A stretch of DNA of 64,000 nucleotides from Yuukianura sp. NJ FZ-2021 (Eukaryota), in NCBI GenBank assembly GCA_046563655.1, contig CM102285.1, positions 13,206,001-13,270,000 on the forward strand, read 5' to 3'. Numbering within the stretch: the stretch's first letter is position 1; the number at the start of each line of letters is the position of its first letter. The notes under the pieces are model-generated. The model saw only the letters and a program-made list of their open reading frames with translations, was not told where the DNA came from and did not search any database. Of this stretch, positions 57,501 through 64,000 are shown in pieces. The position numbers and the translations under genes are program-made.

Positions 57501-60500
57501 GCCAAACTAGTTTCAGTAATATTTGCAAACGGTTTGTCAGCTCCCCAGCATTCAATTGTCTTTGTCATTTTCGATGACGATCTGTTTCTGCCCGCTTGAA
57601 TTCCAAACTTCGGTTGTCCATTTGTTCTGTCTTCACCCAATTTCGATCCAGGTCCATCTCCATTAGGACTCGGCAGGTTTGGGTCTCCGTTACGTGGAGA
57701 CTGGAAACAGGAAATTAAATTATACCAACACATCATTCAGAACTCGACTCTCATCTTCGTCCTATTCTGTTACCTGTGTGGGAACGATAAGAAACGTTTC
57801 TACTTTATGATCCGCCAAGTAATTGTCACGTAAATGCCCATCTCCAGGTTCCACTTCAAACTTTTCATTGAGGCAGTGGTAAGTTTCTTTTGTGATGTGA
57901 ACTCTCCTGTAAAGTAATAAAAAAAAGAGTTTAGTCGTGCTTTCTCCTATCAAAAACGCTTAGGCTGAAGTCAGGTCCGCGATTCCAGCACCTTCCTGGC
58001 GCGTGCAGCGTCTCCCGCTGGCTCTGATTTTATAATCTGATATGCGAACAGCCAAAAGCGTGACACCAGAAGCAAATCGTTGTCGGAAATGAAACATTTT
58101 TATGCAGGATTTTTGAAGTTGGAAAGTAGTGAAAGTGTAAAGTGGAAAAATTTAATCCAAATGTGGTAAGTCGAGTTGAATAACAAATTCAATTTCTTTC
58201 GTTCACCCCGTTTTCTGAAAATCCGCAAATCCGACTTACGGGAAAATTGAAAAAGTAAACGGAAATCAAGCCAAAGAATGAAAAAAGTCATGTAGGCAAT
58301 CGCTCAATCCGAATCTCGGATTTAGAAAAGATTTACCCGGGCATTCCACCGGATTCCATGTGGTTGGCCAAGGACACATCGTCACTCCAAACATCGTACT
58401 GCCACTTCCGGAGCCCCAAAACTCCACAGAGGACGTTCCCCGTATGAATTCCAATCCGCATGTCGACGTTGCATCCAGTGGCTTGTCGTACCATTCTGCA
58501 AAAGTATAAAAAAAAAAGTTTGCAAAACTCGAAATGTTTTTGAAAACTATACAAGTATGCTTTAGGACTTGAAGAGCACTTTGTACTGCCAATGTCAATT
58601 TAACAGTGAAAGAAAGAAACGCTTCTGAACTTGAGTTTCCTCATTTCTCAAGGGTATTTCCTAATACTTTTGTTGCTGAATTCCTCCAGGAATAAAACTT
58701 CAAGTGAGCCAGTGCTATTCAATTGAAATCTTTTTGAAAAATCATAACTTTTTTTTGAAAATCTCACTTGATGGCTTGTATCATTTCCAATCCCATTTTG
58801 ACGCAGTTGTCAGCATGATTTGGTCTTGAAATCGGAAGTCCAGAGACACAGTAGTAACAGTCTCCAAGAATTTTGATTCTCATGCACTGATTTTCCTGAA
58901 AATTGGATCAAAAATATTTAGTGCACAGGAAATTTCAAATTTTCCAAATCCAATTCAGTTCAAAATAAGCTTTACTTGTGCAATTTGATCGAATTTGCCA
59001 AAGAGCTGGTTCAGCGTTTGGACCAAGTCGGAGGCACTCAGCTGCTCTGACAGAGGAGTGAAATTGACAATGTCCGCGTACAGAATGCTATTAAGGAAAA
59101 TGTAAAGTCAATTATCAATTAATAATTATAACCGTAAATTAATTCCTGATTAACTCAATTAAAAACCTATTAGCTCTTACCTGACATTGTTGTGTCGCTG
59201 GACATACATTTCATGAAATCGAGTAGCTGCTGCTGGACTTACATTTTGACAAGCATCCGCCATTTTCAACATTATGCTTCGTTTGACCTGTTAAATGCGA
59301 AGAAAGAAATCTGTATCAAAAGATCTGCGTATCTTATTTCAAAAGTTGTTTCTTCAGTTTCAAAAAAGTTTTCAATAAAATTTTGAACTATTCCAAACTA
59401 AAAATTCTTTCCCTCGAAGCATTTGGCCAATTTTCTGTTTCTCAGAACGTTTACATAAAAGCTAGTGAAACGAGATATTTTAAACTCTAAAGAACTACAG
59501 CGGATTCAACATTTTTGAAAAGGAATTTTTCCAAAATGTTGAGAAAAAACTTGAGTTTTTGAAGAAACTGAAGAATGAGATTAAGAATGCGAGTGAAAGT
59601 GAAGAATGGAAGGAGTAAGATATCTGCTTTAAGGATAGGAAGAAAGTTTAATTAACTTTTTAGTACAATTAGAACGTAATCTCATATTTCACTTTCTTCC
59701 AAGTCATCTCAGATTCAACTTTTTGGAAAATCTTTTTTCTTCACTTTTTCTGGCACATTTTTTAATTTTCTAAGATTTACAAGCCTTTGTAGGGTGAGAA
59801 AAGTCATGGAATTATTTGTTTTATTACCTCTGCAGCAATATATGCTGGAATGACAGACAAAAGTAGTTGTTCCTGTTGCTCTCGCTCACATTCCAATTTG
59901 ATTCGAGATTCAAGACAAGTTTTAGTTCCAATACAAGTGCGGCGATGGGCTTTGAGAGCCATATGACTGTGGTAGATTCCAGCAATGAGACCACTGAGTA
60001 AAAACACAGTGCTGGCCAGCATCTACAAAAATACGAAAAAGAAAAGTCAATGAATAAAGCTTGAAAAGCTTAAAACTAAATCTCACGAGCTGCAAAGTGT
60101 CAAATAACTTCCAATTTAGTTCAAATCCTACTCAGAATCGAAAATGTACTCAAAATGCATAAAAACGAAATTCGAATAGGGAAGAGTCATTTTTCATGCT
60201 CACTCATTGACACATAGGTTCCAAAAAAGTCATTTCCTAAAGACAGTTATAACTTTTCGGAACCATCACATTAACTTTTCAGCAATCCACAACGCGGAAA
60301 CAGCTACATAAACAAGAATCGAGAAAAAATTTATGCATTTTACTACCAAACATCGACATAAACATAAACGCTTTTTCCATTTTCTAAAAAACCTTCCAAA
60401 TTTTATCAAAAACTAGCACATCTACAGATTAACGTACCCGAATTGTGTTTCGGAAAATCTAGAACGACAAATTGAAACAACCAAATTGGAACCAATTTCT

Positions 60501-63500
60501 TAGAAAGCTTTTCAACTGTCTTTGAAAAAGAAAAACAGGCTATAGGTGCCGATTAGAATTGAAATCTTAGAAAAACCGGGGAAACAAATAACAATTAACA
60601 TTGGAATCAATTGACACTTTAGCTTTCACTTCATTTCGATTTCCAGTTTTTTTTAAACCAAAAGTCCGTGTGACCAAACAGCCGCTTAACGTAACCCTCG
60701 AATTTGCTATAGTCGAACAGTTGTTGTCAAGTTTTGCCGTTGGTATTTAGCCTCACTTTTTGAATTGAAAAACTAATTTACAAAAAAGGCTCATTTCTAG
60801 ATTTTACTTTGTAAAAAAATGATGTAAAGAATGTATAAATAATGAAAAACTTTCTCCAGGTTTTCTCCAAACTTTGATAATTGAGCGGAAACTTACAGAA
60901 CATAATGACATTCGGAGAAGTATCTAAACCCTCCCTTTCTCTGGGAGCACATTTACGACCCAATTGTTATAAAAACCAATTTTCCAAAATTGGGAACACG
61001 GTGATCAAAAGTGATGGCATTCGATAGACCAACAGAAAAAACTTTTACTATCTAGTCCAGCACAAAACTTGCTTCCTTTTTACGTTCTTCATTTTTGTGC
61101 GTTGTACTCAAGAAAAGTTTTGTGGAGAAACGAGAAAGTATGCGAGTGGAACCCATTTTGTTATAAATAAGGAAACCTTAGAACATGAAACACAAAAGAA
61201 AGTAATCCGATACATGATTGAATATGCTGGAACTTTTAAATTAAAGAAGTTAATGGAGAAAGTCAAAATGTTTCCTTTGACTATTATTAAATTCAGGTCT
61301 AACGAGGTCCTGACCTTTCACTACCTAAGCCTTATAAAAAACGAGAAACAAAAGTGAAAGTATTCGTTGAAGCGAATAGGAAAAGTGCGAAAACTTTGCC
61401 ACTTTGTTCTTTTTTTATTCCAAAATTTCAACCTGACTTCCCTTTTGTTCTATATTGAAAATTGGATAATTCCATTTCTTTTATTCTCCCGCCAAATTCC
61501 TGCTGAGAGAAAAGAGCATCATCATTTTCCTAACCTAACTTTCTCCGCTTTCTTCCATTAAAAGATTCCTCGAGCCGAACCAAATCAAATCTTCCCAAAT
61601 CCAGATTCACATGCACAAATCTCTTTTAAAAAACGAAAAAAAGAAGTCTGAAAGAAGCTGAATATTTCTTCTGTTCCGTTTCCCTTTTAACCTAATTGTC
61701 AAAAGAAGATCATCTCTTCCGCAACAAAGATTTTGCGAAGGTTGAAAATCCTAGTTGATCTTTAGTGTCTCCAGGATGTGGAATCATCCATAAAAATGTG
61801 ACAAGAAACTGCAAATTTCGATTTTTGAGGGAAAAAACGTCACCAACCTTTCACCTTTTTTTTTCTCGAAAAAGAAATTCAACAAATAAAAAATGAAAAA
61901 AAAATTCATAAAAATATTTGGTTTGATGAAATGATGCTCATTTCAATTTGTTCAAAAAAAAATTCCAACAAAAATATTGCCTTTTTTCAGATTTCTAGGC
62001 CATCCATTCAAGACAGAAAAAATGTGATGAAATTGCATAACTTAAGACAAGTTTTTTCCAAGTCTTTCTCACTTCCTTTACGAGAAACTAAAATTCCACG
62101 TCCATATCACGTGGAAATTTATTTTGTATTATACAAAACAATTTTTTCTATTTAAAAAGTGAATAGTGAGAAGTTGAAACGCAATTGAAGTAATGGATCC
62201 GGTTCTTCCGTTGACATTTCCTAAGTATTCGATTGAATTCGCTGACATGCCTCTTTATTCTTTTCGCGCGCTTTTTCAAATAGCAACGTTTTTACTCCAT
62301 TTTCCACCAAGAATAGCTTCACATTCACTTTCTCCCCAATTTCACCACCTGTTACAAGGCGCCTTCTGCTGTAATGTTTGCCTAGCGTGACGACTTCTCA
62401 CATGACAATGTAGCGGAAAAGCCCAACTAACCTTAACTGAAAGTTGCAAAACCTAACTTTTAGGGAGTCTCAGCTCACATAAAACCTGTAATCAGTTAAT
62501 GTAAAATGCCATCAACCTAAATCACTCTTCTAGAGGCTTAAAAGGATCTCCACAAAAACGTATCCAGAAAAGAGAAAGTCTAAATTTCAATAGCCTCGTA
62601 CCCTGTAACAACTTTGAGTAATTTGCTTTCTCCATTTCCTTCCAACATGTATAGGTTACATTGTACCATTAGCAGCACATTTCAATGTACTCCCAGCACA
62701 TTCTCTAGCTTCACTTAAAATCATTGGAACTTTTCCAATTTCTGTGCAAATGTTATCTCGTCGTTCGTTGCTTGCAAATTTGTTTTTCAGTTTTCCCACC
62801 TTAGGGTGACATGATGCCGGTATCGATTAAATTAAAATTCAGCAAAAGTACTCTCCTTGTGAAAATATTATTCCAATTTGACTGGCCAATCGAAAAAGGA
62901 ATCTGCAAGCCCACATTAGGTATTCTTTCTCTCTCCTTTCAAAGATTTTTGGTCAGCTTTCTCTCAGAAGTTAGAGATTTTGAATTTTAAAACTGAATCT
63001 TCGATCCACTTAATGTGAGAACTAGAGGGCCAGGAGCAAGTGGTCAACTGAATCCAGAACTTTCATTCTGCTCCATGGAGATAACACAACTCACTCCGGA
63101 CGGAGGAAGCTGTTTGGTTAGGTTAGTAGCCTAACCCTACCTAAGGGCCAAAGGCATAAAGGATCCCTTAATTCATTCATGAGATGCTAACGGCTCTCTA
63201 GCCCTCCAGGATCCATTATCGTCCCAATTCCCAAGTAACGGCATTAGGCTAGTAACGACAGGGCTAGGAACACAACCCTACAAGAAAAACGGACTTACTT
63301 GTCTGAGGAGCGAAACTTTGTATTCATTTGACAGGAGAGCAGCCAGGATGAGATGCACGACTGCCAGAAGCAATGACAGTCCGATAGCCAAACTCCTTGG
63401 AAGTGGCATCATCGTATTGATGGCAAAGATCAGAATGAATGTGGAGATGACATGGTCCGGCGGACGCGTCGGCGTGTCGATATGTGCAGACAGAAAAATT

Positions 63501-64000
63501 GCAAAGCTCAGCGTTGAGATCACAACCAAGGAGAGGCCAATAGCAAATCGCGGTCGCTGGAACAATGGAAACTGGGCACTGACGAACAGAATCAGAAGAA
63601 TCACGAGGGTCACGAGCAGAATGCAAACTTGCGGTGGAGACGAAACCACGTCCTGCAAAAGCAACCAAAAAAAGTTCATTTTCTGTAATTTGATGTCCAA
63701 TTTCGCTTTCTAAAAAGAAGACCAAAATCGAAACCTATTTTGTTTCAAGTCTTTTGATTCCAGTTCCACTTTAGTTTCTTTTTGGAAAGTTTCTGTTTTT
63801 GCTCAAACTCACATGACCCGAAAGGGCAGCAATCACTAGAAAAGCAGTTGTAACAGACGAAGCGAGTAGCAGAAAGGAGAGGAAGACTGAATGTTGAAGT
63901 CGATTCCAATACGTGACATAGACGCTTTCCAAGTCAACCATTTTCTCATCCTTGGCCATATTTTTGACTTCCAAATGATTTCCCAGTAGACGACGCAGAC
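54578..64000 (-). CDS. Transmembrane adenylate cyclase (AC2/4/7-like), multi-exon, 5' end probably outside the window
   Basis: C1a: [71 protein letters not shown]2a: VMFASIPNY...[67 protein letters not shown]-rich exons are present. Stop at 54578-54580; the frame is open at the window edge. Confidence 0.95.

Overview
AT-rich, intron-rich eukaryotic DNA, probably from an invertebrate or arthropod (species not determinable). Host genes: (1) an AP-2 (TFAP2) transcription factor on + (about 88/6206-24941); (2) a tandem double MS4A/CD20-like membrane-protein gene on - (29397-32148), whose first coding exon is interrupted by a foldback element; (3) a transmembrane adenylate cyclase on - (54578 to beyond the window edge). 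Introns and intergenic DNA carry many DNA transposons: a PIF/Harbinger/ISL2EU-like transposase with a SWIM finger, a Tc4/Tc5-type pogo derivative at a CTNAG site, several foldback MITEs with TSDs, and a repeat family with 387-bp tandem units. The standout is a 10.4-kb, almost perfect palindrome (42785-53198) with Polinton/Maverick-type AGTAG...CTACT termini and a 5-bp TSD (TTAGC). Each arm carries one copy of a ~1425-aa protein-primed DNA polymerase B gene, and the two copies point at a ~70-bp central turn. No integrase, capsid, ATPase or maturation-protease gene is visible. It looks like an integrated snap-back (hairpin-replicon) form of a Polinton-like virus. All calls come from reading the sequence by eye; no searches were run.
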